NCBI RefSeq assembly: GCF_964204645.1 | Contig: NC_134025.1 | Location: 6,448,001 to 6,512,000, forward strand | Length of the DNA: 64,000 nucleotides | Origin: Tubulanus polymorphus | Taxonomy: Eukaryota; Animalia; Nemertea | Direction of reading: 5' to 3' | Part shown: one piece after another, positions 19,157 through 32,100 of the stretch | Numbering within the stretch: the stretch's first letter is position 1 | Layout: each line of letters begins with the position of its first letter | Notes under the pieces: model-generated | Databases searched by the model: none | Seen by the model: only the letters and a program-made list of their open reading frames with translations | What the model was told of the DNA's origin: nothing | Made by a program: the position numbers and the translations under genes

Positions 19157-19648
19157 CCTAAATCTGGAATTGGTGCCATCAGAGGATTTAGTCGAGTCCT
19201 GGTCTCTTCTCGACTAGTGTTGATGAAATACGACCTTTTTGTATATATATAATAAAAATTTCCTTATTTTTCGTATTTGGTGAGAAAAAAATCATATTTA
19301 TTTATATATTTTTATATTTGTATATTTTGCACAATTGATTCACATATAAATTCGTTTATAAAGAAACATACTTTTTCTTCATTGTTTTCACACCGAACAC
19401 AGAGGACAAAGGACAGACAGTAGTAGGTCCTGTTTGCCGGTTAATTCAGGTTAGATAAAGATATCATATCACACGATTTATCAAACGCTTCGAAAAAACA
19501 TTCTATTTAAACACGGAAAGATAACATAAAACAGTCATGTACACATGAGTCATATGAAAAATTACTCTTTCCAAAAACGAAACATATATATGTGTGTGTA
19601 TTCGCTAACTTAATAGATTGGACGGATTTTTAGGGAAATAAAAAGAAA

Positions 19649-20221
19649 ATGGCGAACAACGCATTGGATTATGTTCAAAGACATCCGAAACAAATGTCAT
19701 TATTGGCTATGGTGATATTAGTGCTGATTCTAACGGAGCTTTTGCGAGTTCAACAACTCGCTGCAGCAATTCTCTTCATCTACTGTCTTCACGGTATGGT
19801 GATCGAAGGTACGGGACGAGATTATACGAGAATTTCCATTTTCATCGCTATCATTGTGGCGCACGTCCTGCTATTCGACTCGTTAGAAAATAGCCTGCGA
19901 TCTGCCGTCGCAATGACGACGTTTTTGGCGGGGAAATACCACGTGTGTTTCTTAGTGGCAGTGTTGTTCATGGTGGACTTTTTAGACGCGCTTAAATTCG
20001 ACAGATACGTCACTAGTGTGATGAACGGCTTTGTCATTGTGTTTGGCGCAATAATTGTGTCGTATATCCGTCAATTCCCTAAGTATGGAAGTCTCATCTT
20101 TCTAGCTGGGCTATTCTCAATGCGACGGTCTCAGGACAATCACCAATTTGAACATCCTTTGATACGGACAACGTTGATACTGGTAATGTTGATACTCGCA
20201 GATATTTTAGGATTGTTGTAG
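19649..20221 (+). CDS. Uncharacterised 190-aa multi-pass membrane protein, single coding exon
   Basis: Clean 573-bp ORF with aaaATGG start context and about 6-7 hydrophobic segments. Acceptor-like tttttag shortly upstream. Family not recognised. Confidence 0.65.
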   Translation: MANNALDYVQRHPKQMSLLAMVILVLILTELLRVQQLAAAILFIYCLHGMVIEGTGRDYTRISIFIAIIVAHVLLFDSLENSLRSAVAMTTFLAGKYHVCFLVAVLFMVDFLDALKFDRYVTSVMNGFVIVFGAIIVSYIRQFPKYGSLIFLAGLFSMRRSQDNHQFEHPLIRTTLILVMLILADILGLL

Positions 20222-20581
20222 AGGTGGATAAAGGACGGCTGCGCGAATTGCATCTTTATTGATATAATGTTGATCCAATGAATCTTTCAAGGCATATGCC
20301 TATATGGGCTCAAAGTTCGTTGATTTTGAGAGCACTTCATGATTTATTCTCCCATTACCCACACTAAAGGGTATCATTGCCTTATAAAAAACCTTTATTC
20401 AGGTGTAAACATGATACCAATGCGAAATTTATAAAGTCAACGATATCTATATTATATATACGTACTACACCTAATAATAATATAATTCACGATATTTGAG
20501 CACTACGACGTTATTCTTAAACCGGTATTAGCCATTGTCATTTTAAAATTGCAGAGGGATATGAATATGAGTTATAGGAGA

Positions 20582-22102
20582 TCAATTAGATTTGGTTTTT
20601 TTGTTATTCATGTATTTACGATTCAAACATTTTACAATTCGCACCGTACTGTATATCACGACAGCCAGTAACATCAGTATGCTTATTATCACAGCTCCCA
20701 TAATGTCCAACATATACAGTTCAGAAATACTCGAATATGAAAGAGGCGATTTCAAATGTTCACCGCCATATTCCATAACATGATGAACCCAATCGATGGC
20801 CAGTTTCGAAGGATCTCCGGGGATATTCTTAGCTCGGATTGCTGCAGCTTTGATTGATTTAGAATAGCTCGGGTTTGAGATTAGTTCAACCAGATTTCGG
20901 TGAAGTTCATCGGCTGTAAAATGGTTGATGTCCATCTGAAGTCCAAATCCTTGGACCACCATTCTATGAGCGTTATACGGTTGATCCGCAAATAACGGAA
21001 AACCCAACATCGGAACACCGTTATAGAAAGCTTCCACCTGTCCATTCTGACCGCAATGAGTTATGAAAACCTTCGCATTCTTATGCGCCAGTAGACCCTT
21101 TTGGGGCAACCACTTTGATAGGTGTACATTATCGGAAACTTTAAAGTTGAACTTAGAATCATCCAATCTCCAGAATACTTGTTGCTCCAGGCGTCCAAAC
21201 GCGTCTATAAATTTCTCTGCGACATCTGCCGGGAAATCCGCTTCGGCCTGACAACCGAAGCTCACTATAATAGCACCTTGAGTAGCTGCATCCATGAACT
21301 GTTTAAACTGACCAGTCAGCGGTTTAGCGGTGACACGAGAGATTCCCGCTACGTTTATCATGTTCGGTGGCATCACAATTGGGCAGTCCAATACAGGAAC
21401 ATGTACAACTAAAGTTAACATGGCTTCTTTCGATAAATCTAATAGAGTTTTCAATTTCTGACCAGGAAGATAATCTAGAAATTGAGTTTCATCCAATAGA
21501 CGCAAGGGAGCTCGGTAAACCTGTATGTAACCCAGAAAATGCCGAAATCTATCAGACAATCTATGATTGGATCGTGATAAACAGGTCAATCCAGAGATTA
21601 TCGGTGTAAGTCCCGTATTGAGCCATGGATAGACAAGTCCGGCAAATGTGATGAAAGGTATACCGTGTGTTTTAGGTACGAGATACCTGCAGATCGCAAA
21701 GCCATCTACGACAGCTAAGTCAAATTTCAACGATTTGATCTTTGCTTGGATCTCTTCATCATAAAGAATTTTATGACATTCACTATATATGTGTTTTTTC
21801 ATATGGCTGATAATGACATCGTCTCCTAACATGGCTGTTTTCATTGACAATGTCGTATCCAGTTCTCCCACGTCGTATAATATTGTCTTCATTCCACTTG
21901 CTTTGATTTCTGGACGACGCGACATCGATTTTTCGACGAGCATATAAACATCGTGATTGTGAGACACCAATAGTTTACCGAGAACTCTGGTTTGTGCGAT
22001 ATGACCACCTCCAGGGAACGATAACATCAGAACTCTCTTAGCATCACACGCGCATATAAAAGCCAACGATATAAATACTCTCATCAAACTGATGGATGCC
22101 AT
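20582..22102 (-). CDS. UGT: UDP-glucuronosyl/glycosyltransferase (GT1 family), copy A, intronless CDS
   Basis: Signal peptide, catalytic His (GGGHIA) and Asp (VVDGF), UGT signature WLPQKGLLAHKNAKVFITHCGQNGQVEAFYNGVPMLGFPLFADQ, C-terminal TM and KxKxx tail. Confidence 0.95.
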   Translation of the reverse strand: MASISLMRVFISLAFICACDAKRVLMLSFPGGGHIAQTRVLGKLLVSHNHDVYMLVEKSMSRRPEIKASGMKTILYDVGELDTTLSMKTAMLGDDVIISHMKKHIYSECHKILYDEEIQAKIKSLKFDLAVVDGFAICRYLVPKTHGIPFITFAGLVYPWLNTGLTPIISGLTCLSRSNHRLSDRFRHFLGYIQVYRAPLRLLDETQFLDYLPGQKLKTLLDLSKEAMLTLVVHVPVLDCPIVMPPNMINVAGISRVTAKPLTGQFKQFMDAATQGAIIVSFGCQAEADFPADVAEKFIDAFGRLEQQVFWRLDDSKFNFKVSDNVHLSKWLPQKGLLAHKNAKVFITHCGQNGQVEAFYNGVPMLGFPLFADQPYNAHRMVVQGFGLQMDINHFTADELHRNLVELISNPSYSKSIKAAAIRAKNIPGDPSKLAIDWVHHVMEYGGEHLKSPLSYSSISELYMLDIMGAVIISILMLLAVVIYSTVRIVKCLNRKYMNNKKTKSN

Positions 22103-23064
22103 TCTGAAATGACAAATCGCCTATCTTTTATTTTTTTGATGAAATTATTTTCAAGATAGCTAATGGTATTGTTTATTAATGGAGGCAGCAATCATTTTCT
22201 CGAACGTGCGCTGTGATATTCAAAGGACGGTACAAACTTCCCCATTATGGAATATCGTACAGGAGCGGATTAACTATATTAATTACGTCCTCTAAGGGAT
22301 TAGCCTCGCCCATCCTCTGCAGATGAAAATCCGATCAGTCTACTGCATTTTATACCACGAATTGTTATAAACTATGATATTTACCTTTTTCGAATTTGCA
22401 ATGTCAGACAGGGCCGATGTGACTGTATCTTAATCGCACTGAAGCGCATATACGTACGTATACATAGAAATTCCGTCAAAAAAACAAGTTTATGAAACAT
22501 AATGAAGTAAACATAGTAAATGCAATTGTATCTTACAAAATTTTGGAAACCACGGGGTATTCGCATAATGAAGTTTATTATGCAAGTTTATACTAGCAAA
22601 GACCCCTGGGGTTACCTTTCGGTTCATTCTATAGGCCGCATGCGGCATGTGATCTACCCGTGCCCGTAGAGGTCTGGTGGGATCTCCGGAACTTGGATAA
22701 CATGTACCAGCAGCGAAGACTGGGTCCTTCACCTGCTCTGGAAGATACTTGCAAAAACCGCGTGGAAATCATGGGTATTTTTATCCTTCTAGAACTTAAA
22801 CTGGTTTCATTCTTATATACCCGTTTTTGATTGGTAGATCTGATTTGTCTTGATTTGATATCCCTTGCAAACCCACCACATCTGCCGCGAATAAAACAGA
22901 GATTGCTTTGAAAGAAATTGCCAGTTGAATGGTTTTAGTGTTGTTTCAAGAGTCTGAGGATTTCTGTAGGAACCCGGCCCGACAATCAGTAAATAGTATG
23001 TCCTACGGCCGTACGAAGACTTTGGCAAGCGAGTAATAATGAAAAAAAAACCCACTATGTACAG

Positions 23065-23240
23065 ATTAAAAGAATTTAAAAACAAGAATTTATTTTTTCG
23101 AACAATCTAAAATATATAGAATACACGACGTTTCGATCTCACTCTAGAGATCATCGTCAGGTGTGAGATCGAAACGTCGTGTATTCTATAAATTTTAGAT
23201 TGTTCGAAATAAATAAATCTTGCTTTTAAATTCTTTTAAT
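23065..23240. mobile_element. Foldback (~78-bp inverted arms), probable Penelope-like element remnant
   Basis: attaaaagaatttaaaaacaag...tttcgatctcac mirrors gtgagatcgaaa...cttgcttttaaattcttttaat and contains a hammerhead core. Confidence 0.7.
23123..23164 (-). ncRNA. Minimal type I hammerhead ribozyme motif
   Basis: Minus strand reads ACAC-CUGACGA-U-GAUCUC-UAGAGU-GAGAUC-GAAAC-GUC-GUGU: stem I, catalytic core, stem II, GAAA, loop-less palindromic stem III and a GUC cleavage triplet. Confidence 0.75.
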
Positions 23241-23659
23241 ATGCCGATAGTTGGTTTTTATCTTATTATCCGTTCACCACGTTTGAGTGTGGTTATCTTT
23301 TTAAGCGAGTGACATTTTAGTTTACGTTTTTGCCGCTGTCGTTATGTTTATGGGCAGCACTAAACGGGTCGAATTTACTACATTCTTACTGTGGTGGGTG
23401 TTTCAATCGGCCAATTCCATCAGCGCTTACGCTAATTTAATTTATGAAGTTATTGTCTTTAAGACCAATTTTTCATAGAAATGACTCCAATCAACCATCG
23501 ATATATCACTAATCTATCAATTCTGTACGTTCCATGTATTCCTTTTGCAATTTCGTCTTCCGATGAAATAGATCTAAATTACAAATAATGCGACGATGAC
23601 CGCATCGTTACGAAACTGTAGCAAACAAACATGTCGACACATAATGAGAAAAGTATATT

Positions 23660-24130
23660 TCCCTAAGAGCTACTGCGACTTTTGCTATAACTTGTAATAA
23701 GTCGTTGCACAGATGAGATGAAATATTTGTCATTTTTATCTTTTTATTCTATATGAATTATAGCGATTTTACGACGATACAGTAATCAAATTTGAATTAA
23801 CTTTGTTACGAACAGATAGATCCATGTCAGATAGTAACTGGTACCGGTAATGTTGATACGCGCAGAAAATGTAAAATTGTCGACGGGAGGATGCGATTTC
23901 GTTATACCGTCAATCTTCATTGTGCATACTATGTTAAACAAATTGATGCTCCAAATTTTCAATAAATTCTAGAGAATCGAAAAATAACGTGAAGAATTTG
24001 CGAGCTCGTACTTTTGGCGGTTTTTTTATGGAACAGATTTTTCTATTCAATCCGTTTTTCATTGTGAGTAAATGGAAAGAACTTACGGATCTTACCAACT
24101 CGAATCGACAGTAAAGAACATTACATTTTT
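23660..24130. repeat. Diverged copy of 25870-26330 (UGT downstream flank)
   Basis: Shared blocks such as actgcgacttttgct, ttgcacagatg, gaagaatttgcgagc and caactcgaat occur in the same order in both regions. Confidence 0.85.
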
Positions 24131-24737
24131 TGACGCCTTATAAAACGTTACCATTATGAAACTTAAACAATGTTAACCATTCAGCGTCATTTTACAAACG
24201 ACAACCGTAAATCGATGTGCAAAACGTCACAGGTTTATGTGTACACATACAAGCTATTTGGCAAAATATTATTGATAAAGATGTAGAATGGCTCCCTGCG
24301 ATTATATAATGACCTCTATTTGAACGTCGAAATGTTATATTGCATTGAATATCATGATAAGAGGTATTGTAATAGTAAAGGATGTATGATTATATCAGGA
24401 GCGGCAGGCATAAATAGAAATGATAAGTAAATCGGATTATTCGGTTAAATGGCGGATGTATACACGATTTGGAAGTCTGATATAAAAGTCAGACCCTGAC
24501 ATGGGGATGCTAGTGGAATGACGAAGCTATCTACGATCTGAGTAGGGCCGGCGTGAATTTCATCGGCGGCTACAAGCGGTCTATATAAAAACGTGTAAAC
24601 AAATAATTTCAATATTCAAATGGTTTAGAAAATATGTTCGATATTAGGGGTATGCAGGTTTCATGAGATTAGCAATCTATAATAGCATAGCTGTCATATA
24701 CGGCTCCGCGTTCACTGATGGCATGTGTATAAGGTGA

Positions 24738-24900
24738 CAATTCAATTCAATACTTTATTGATCCTTATTACATTGAAATTCCGGGATGAAATACCCAAAT
24801 TCAATAAAGTTACAAATTTTAGAATAAGAAAATACAAAATACAAGACACATGAGTAATTCATACAGAATAACATGAATAAGTTATTTAAATGACGATGTC
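24738..24900 (-). mobile_element. Possible LINE 3' tail remnant
   Basis: Minus strand ends aataaagtattgaattgaattg, a poly(A) signal plus (TTGAA)n tail typical of CR1/L2-clade 3' ends. No RT coding was recognised. Confidence 0.3.
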
Positions 24901-25164
24901 AACCCAGACTCAAGTCTAGGATATCGAGTGACAGCCAAACCGGGCCCCGGGACCGGGCCGGCTGGCTACACGATATGCTCGAAGTCATGATGAAGCAGAC
25001 ATCAGAAGAGCTCTTTCTTCAACCATGGAGGCAATGAAGTTGCAGACCAGCTTAGAGCAAACGTGAATCGAAGTCGGTCACAAGTTGACAATTTTTATTT
25101 TAATTAGACCAGTCGAAGACTGTATCATCGCCAAATCTCATAATTCCCCAAATCTCATAATTCC

Positions 25165-25408
<244 letters not shown>

Positions 25409-25519
25409 TCGTATTTATCAATCTTAATCTAAAGAAGCACAACATTTGAGCAGAATAATTCAATTTTTGAGTTATTGTGATGAATTGAGCGCAACACTGT
25501 ATATAAAAGTACGGTGACA

Positions 25520-25768
25520 TTTAGATTTTAATTTGTTATTCTTTGATTTTTTAAGATTTAAAAATTTTACAATTCTCACCCTACTGAGACAGCCAGCAAA
25601 ATCAGTATACTTTATTAACAAACCTCCGATAATGTCCAACATATACAGCTCGGGAATACTAAAATATGAAAGAGGCGATTTCAAGTGTTCACCGCCATAT
25701 TCCATAACATGATGAATCCAATCGATGGCCAGTTTCGAAGATCTCCGGGCAATTCTTGGCTCGGATTT
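25520..25768 (-). pseudogene. 5'-truncated, frameshifted UGT fragment (C-terminus only)
   Basis: Retains WIHHVMEYGGEHLKSPLSYFSIPELYMLDIIG. Has indels relative to 26513-26770 and has lost the stop codon. Flank 25430-25520 matches 26410-26515. Confidence 0.9.
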
Positions 25769-26512
25769 CCCGCTATCGTTGTATATTGGAGCAGGACTAG
25801 ACGGTCGAGGTCAATTATTTTTGCTGTGGCTGGTGTTGCGGTCATGCTATAAAGACTGAAAGGCTAATAAGCGTATTCCCTTAAGACTGCGACTTTTGCT
25901 TTAACATGTAGTAACTCTTTGCACAGATGTGTGTGAAATATGTTTTATTCATATCTTTATGCTTATATATCATATGATTCTAGCGATCTTACGCAGTTCA
26001 GTAGCCACAATTTGACAGTAGACGAACAAGCACTGGTTATGTTGATACTCGCAGTAAATGGGTAATTGTTGACGGATAATTGATCCGTTGTACCGTAAAC
26101 TTCGGAGCCTACATCTTATTAATGCATATATTTATTTTAGGCGAACCACACTCCAAATGTTCAATAAATTCTATCACTCGGAAAATAACGCGAAGAATTT
26201 GCGAGCAAGTACTTTTATTATTTTGATGGAGCAGATTTTTTTATTCCAATCCATGTTTCATCGTGAGAAAACGAAAAACAGAACTTTTATTAGCAACTCG
26301 AATTCACAGTTAAGAAAATTACATTTTTATAACTTCATATGTATTTAATAGCCATAAATTCTATCAAAACGCGCAATTTATAACATATCTAATTTGTTAC
26401 TCTCAATTTAAACTAAGCACAATATTTGAGCAGAATAATAATAATTCAATTTTTGAGTTAACGTTATGGAAAGAGTGCTGTCGCAACACTGTATAGAAAT
26501 GTACGGTGACGA

Positions 26513-28036
26513 TCATTTAGATTTGATTTTTTTATTCTTTAATTTTTTACGATTTAAATATTTTACAATTCGCACCGTACTGTATATCACGACAGCCAGT
26601 AACATCAGTATGCTTATTATCACAGCTCCCATAATGTCCAACATATACAGTTCAGAGATACTTAAATATGAAAGAGGCGATTTCAAATGTTCACCGCCAT
26701 ATTCCATAACATGATGAATCCAATCGATAGCCAGTTTCGAAGGATCTCCGGGGATATTCTTAGCTCGGATTGCTGCAGCTTTGATTGTTTTAGAATAGCT
26801 CGGGTTTGAGATTAGTTCAACCAGATTTCGATGGAGTTCATCGGCTGTAAAATGGTTGATGTCCATCTGAAGTCCAAATCCTTGGACCACCGTTCGATGA
26901 GCGTTATACGGTTGATCGCCAAATAACGGAAAACCCAGCATCGGAACACCGTTATAGAAAGCTTCCACCTGTCCATTCTGACCGCAATGAGTTATGAAAA
27001 CCTTCGCATTCTTATGCGCCAGTAGACCCTTTTGGGGCAACCACTTTGATAGGTGTACATTATCGGAAACTTTTAAGTTGAACTTAGAGTTATCCAATCT
27101 CCAGAATACTTGTTGCTCCAGGCGTCCAAACGCGTCTATAAATTTCTCTGCGACATCTGCCGGGAAATCCGCATCGGCCTGACTCCCAAAGCTCACTATA
27201 ATAGCACCTTGAGTAGCTGCATCCATGAACTGTTTAAACTGACCAGTCAGCGGTTTAGCGGTGACACGAGAGATTCCCGCTACGTTTATCATGTTCGGTG
27301 GCATCACAATTGGGCAGTCCAATACAGGAACATGTACAACTAAAGTTAACATGGCTTCTTTCGATAAATCTAATAGAGTTTTCAATTTCTGACCAGGTAA
27401 ATAATCAAGAAGTGGCGCCTCGTCCAACAACGTAAATGGATCATGCAAAGCCTCTATATAGGCCTGAAAATGCCGAAATCTATCAGACATTGACCTATGA
27501 TTGGGACCTGATAAACACGTCAATCCAGAAATTATCGGCGTAAGTCCAGGACTGAGCCATGGATATACAAGTCCGGCAAAAGTGATGAAAGGTATACCGT
27601 GTTTTTTAGGTATGAGATACCTGCAGATCGCAAAGCCATCTACGACAGCTAAGTCAAATTTCAACGATTTGATCTTTGCTTGGATCTCTTCATCATATAG
27701 AATTTTAATACATTCAGTATTAATTTGATTTTTCATGTGGCTGCCAACGGCAGCGTCTCCTAACATGGCTGATCTCATTGACAATGTTGTGTCCAGTTCT
27801 CCCACATCGTATAATATTGTATTCATTCCGCTTGCTTTAATTTCTGGACGACGAGACATCGATTTTTCGATGAGCATATAAACATCGTGATTGTGAGACA
27901 TCAATAGTTTACCGAGAACTCCGGTTTGTGCGATATGACCACCTCCAGGGAACGATAACATCAGAACTCTCTTAGCATCACACGCACATATAAAGGCCAA
28001 CGAAATAAATATCTCTATCACATTGATGGAAGCCAT
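26513..28036 (-). CDS. UGT: UDP-glucuronosyl/glycosyltransferase (GT1 family), copy B, intronless CDS
   Basis: Same motifs as copy A. The true start is probably ATG 28036 (MASINV...), preceded by acceptor-like tttcag|a as in copy A, rather than 28063. Confidence 0.95.
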   Translation of the reverse strand: MASINVIEIFISLAFICACDAKRVLMLSFPGGGHIAQTGVLGKLLMSHNHDVYMLIEKSMSRRPEIKASGMNTILYDVGELDTTLSMRSAMLGDAAVGSHMKNQINTECIKILYDEEIQAKIKSLKFDLAVVDGFAICRYLIPKKHGIPFITFAGLVYPWLSPGLTPIISGLTCLSGPNHRSMSDRFRHFQAYIEALHDPFTLLDEAPLLDYLPGQKLKTLLDLSKEAMLTLVVHVPVLDCPIVMPPNMINVAGISRVTAKPLTGQFKQFMDAATQGAIIVSFGSQADADFPADVAEKFIDAFGRLEQQVFWRLDNSKFNLKVSDNVHLSKWLPQKGLLAHKNAKVFITHCGQNGQVEAFYNGVPMLGFPLFGDQPYNAHRTVVQGFGLQMDINHFTADELHRNLVELISNPSYSKTIKAAAIRAKNIPGDPSKLAIDWIHHVMEYGGEHLKSPLSYLSISELYMLDIMGAVIISILMLLAVVIYSTVRIVKYLNRKKLKNKKIKSK

Positions 28037-29113
28037 TCTGAAACATAAAAGATCTAAGTTCATAAAGGCATTTGTGTCATGGCAGAGTCTATTGTGGCCC
28101 GGTCTTTAATATAACACATGAAGTGATGATGGGTCGGACATCCAAGTATAGTGGAAACTCGTTAACGACCTTGGATACAATGATTTCTCAGTTTTATAAA
28201 CCTAGAATTTCGTCCCAATATTTACCACTATACTGGCCCAACGAATAGTCGGGTCCACTGAACTTGCATCGGAGGTTCAAGCCTAACGGTTATCAACAGT
28301 AATTCAAATATCATTGTCCTTTAAAGGATATTTCATCTCTTGTTACAATACCCAGTAATAGCCCCAGGAGGAGCACATCCATGAAAGTATCTATAATATT
28401 GCATTTATTATTTAAGGTACCCCAATCTACTACGCCTCTTTTTTTCCTGACCCAGTTTAACCACAACAGTATGCAACGTATGTATAGCCTAATACACCGT
28501 GTTTTACCTTCGCGTTGCAGCGTTCAATGCTGATCGTGTGGTGTTGTCGCGGTATACTGCGAGAGTGTTATCAGTGTCAGTATTGACTACCGACTCAATG
28601 AAAAGCGCTAGTCCTATCTCTCATTCCCGACATAACAAGATAGGAATAACAATTGCTTAAAACCTAAATAACCGAGTCTTGCAACCAAACAAAAACGGGC
28701 AATTGCTCAAAAAAAACAGTAGACTATAGATGGCGTGAAGGTTGTTCGAGAAATAATCCGCAACTTCAAAGACGAATGTAGGACACGTATCCATATTCCT
28801 TCACATCTCCCGCAGTTCGAATTCTATCCTCAATTTTGAAATAAATAACAAAAATTCTTCATTTGTGTTAATTACAGTTTCATTTAACTTTTATCGTACA
28901 TACGCAGACAGCTAAAAAGGTACATATACATACTTTAAAGCATAAAATGAAAATGATGGATCCCTTGATGGTACATTTAGGATTTGTAATATTTTTGATA
29001 AATAAACGTAGCATTTTCGTTTTGATTTTTATTTACAAAATTACATAGTAATACAATACATATATACACATTTTCTTTCAACCCGAAATGATACAAACGT
29101 TTTAATTTAAACA

Positions 29114-32100
29114 CTATTCAATGGGAACCCTGAGAGCTGTCTTCGGAGGCCGATTCGGTGGCCTCTGAGGTGATTTGTAAAGCGGCGAACCCCAATTAGC
29201 GGAACTCGTGCGCTTCTTAAACCGTGTTCGTTGAACTTTAAACATGACAGTTAAGTCGGGTTTATCGACATTATCGAATCCAAGTTCGTTTAAATCCGGT
29301 GGATGATAGTGTTGATGTATCAAAGCAGCTTTCAGTAGCGAACCTAGAAAATATACACAGATGAATCAATGCAAACAGATGTGTGATGTGTACCGCTTAT
29401 CCAGATTTTATGGAAGATAAGTAGAGCGTTGTGGCCGAGTGGTTAGACCGTTCGGCTCTGGGAAGCCAGGTCGTGGGTTCGAACCCCATACATAGCCATA
29501 GTGTCCTCGGGCAAGACACTTATCCTCACTTCTTCCTCCACCCAGGAGTAAATGGGTACCTGGCATGATAGATGACTCATGAGCGCTTGTTAGCAGCTCG
29601 GCGTTACTTCTCCCCAGGGAGAGATGACTGATACATGCTAGAGTATAAAATTGGCTGGGGTAATAATACCAAAAAATGTAAAGCGCTCTGAGCAGCCTGG
29701 CTGGATTTTAAGACACATATTATTATCATTATTAAGATCACTTAAAAAATCCTAACAAAAATTTCTTATATTCACCTGTTGCCCATTTCGGAATCTCTTT
29801 TCTCGGAGCTTCTTCTTCATCGGTATCAGATGAATGAATATCAGATATATCATAGGACTGTAACCTATTAAACATATCAACGGAACCTTCATGATCAAAG
29901 TAACACAACCCCTCAGAAAAATAGTTTAGTTTAAAATTTTTCAAATTCAGAAACCTGGGTAGAGCACCGGTACTACGAATTAAAATAGTCTCATAGAGTT
30001 GAAATAATTGATAATGGTCTCATTTTGCTCAATGACAACTGCAGAAATCTTACACTGGTTTAGATGTTGTAAGCCCTGATACTCGTGAAGTTGCCGAACT
30101 ACTGTTCAACGACGCGTTATGCTTATCCACCAATTTCTTGATAGCATCTTCCTCTTTTTTCGCTCGGTTTTTCTTCTCCGTTTCCTTCTGTAACTGAAGT
30201 CTTAGTTGTTCCTAAATACGAAAACACCAATATGTTGTAGAATCATAGATCAATAAAATACATGATACACAATTTGACAGTCAACAAAATAACATCAACT
30301 AGGTTCGTTAGTCAGTGATAGATATGCTTACCTTCTCTCTTTCTTTTTCTTCTCTTTCCTTCCTTTCTTTCTCGCGTTGTTTTTCTAATTCAGCTTTTTC
30401 CCGTTCTGCTCTTTCAATGGCCAGTTGACGATCCCTACAAAACATCGACGATTTCAACTAATAATTCTATAATTCATTCATCAATTCTGGACACAAACGA
30501 GCCGTTACTGACCTTTCCTCTTTTAGTTTCATTCTCTCTTTCTCCTCCTCTAATCGCTGAATTCGTTGTTTTTCCTGTTCCTGCATCCTCTCTTCCTCTA
30601 ACTGACGACGTTTCTCCTCGGCTTGTATTCGCTCTTCCTCGATACGTTTCAATCGTTCCATCTCTTCGTGTTTCTTCTTTCTCTCGATCATCTCTCGATA
30701 ACGTCGTTCTTGTTCTTCTTTTTCTTTCAATTTCTGTAACCGGGCTTCCTCTTCGAACCGCCGTCGTTCGTTTGCCTCAGCAATTTTTTTTTCTCTGTTA
30801 TAAAACCAAGCAGGATAAGCCATTTTAAGATGAGCAAATCGAACAACTGCATTATTTAAGATAAAAAATGCAACGCTATTTACCTCAATTTCCGTGCTTT
30901 CTCTTTCTCCAATCGTTCTTTCTTTTCTTTAATGAGTGACGACACTGAAACTTTCTTCTCAACTTTCTGCACGGCTTCTTTATTCTTTTCTTGAAGTTTC
31001 TTCTCATTTTCTTGTTTTTTCTGTTGCACAAGTTTCATCCTCTCTTCTCGACGTCTGTTTTGATCGAAGCAATGAAACATTTATTTCTACATTTTGATCC
31101 CTTTATAATTTGATACGCTAGATGAAATATTAAATTACAATACCTTATTTCTTCTTTTAGTTTTTGCTGTTTTTCTTCTTTCAAGCGTTTTATTCTCTCA
31201 TCATCCTGTAATCTCTTCTTGTTGATTTGTTGTTTCTTCAAAGCTTGTTTTTGCTGAAACAGCCGCAGAAAACAATCAAATAAATGTCTTGCCGACTTCG
31301 ACAATTGAAATGGTCAAGTATTTATTTTCCCTACCTGCATTAGTAGATGATTAGGGGTAGTTACAGTCTTCTGTTTGATAAATGAAGACACACTACTGAC
31401 AAGGTTCGCCGGTCTGCTACAGGATCCAGTCCGTGATAAGGTACGACCTGATGAAGCGGTGGACGTCAGGCCTTGCGTCCGATTAACTTGCATGAGTGGA
31501 GTTTCCGGCACTTCTACCTCGCCTTCAGAAGTTGTCCTAAGAAATTTCAAAAACGCTTTTGGTACCTATGATTGTGTCATGCCACTTGATAAGATGAAAG
31601 TTCTATTACTGAACCGTTCCAAGCTGGTTGGTCTATGGTATGGTAACTATACTCACTCATATTCACTTGCATTTTCTGTTGATGCCTTTTTATTTGAATC
31701 GAAAAAGACGGCATCGTCTTCGGATTCCCAACCACTTTCATCGGCATTCTCTTCTTCAGTTTGAACTTTATTGCTGTCAGTTTTTGATATATTCCCGCTA
31801 CCAGTCTTCTCTTGTTCAACGTTCGATTCGGAACTTTCGATAGCTTCTGATTCCATACAACTAAAAAATTCAAGATCATTTTACGGGTTTTAATGGGGTT
31901 CGTTTCACAGTCCGTAAAACACATCTTATCAAATCTGTTCCCACATAAAATTAATATTTTGCATCAGAGGTTAAAATTTATATTTTGAATAATCATTATT
32001 CAAATCATAGTCATTATTTTTCCCATCATTTACATTTCATTATTAATGAAATGTAAATGATGGGAAAAATAATTCAAAATCTCAGATTCAAAAACGTTTT

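Noticed and set aside
28037-28063. Upstream start of UGT copy B (MNLDLLCFR)
   Set aside because: It lies 5' of an acceptor-like tttcag, and copy A starts at the equivalent downstream ATG with a signal peptide.
29421-29495. tRNA gene
   Set aside because: A and B boxes are present, but there is no acceptor stem and the sequence continues into a SINE body and tail.
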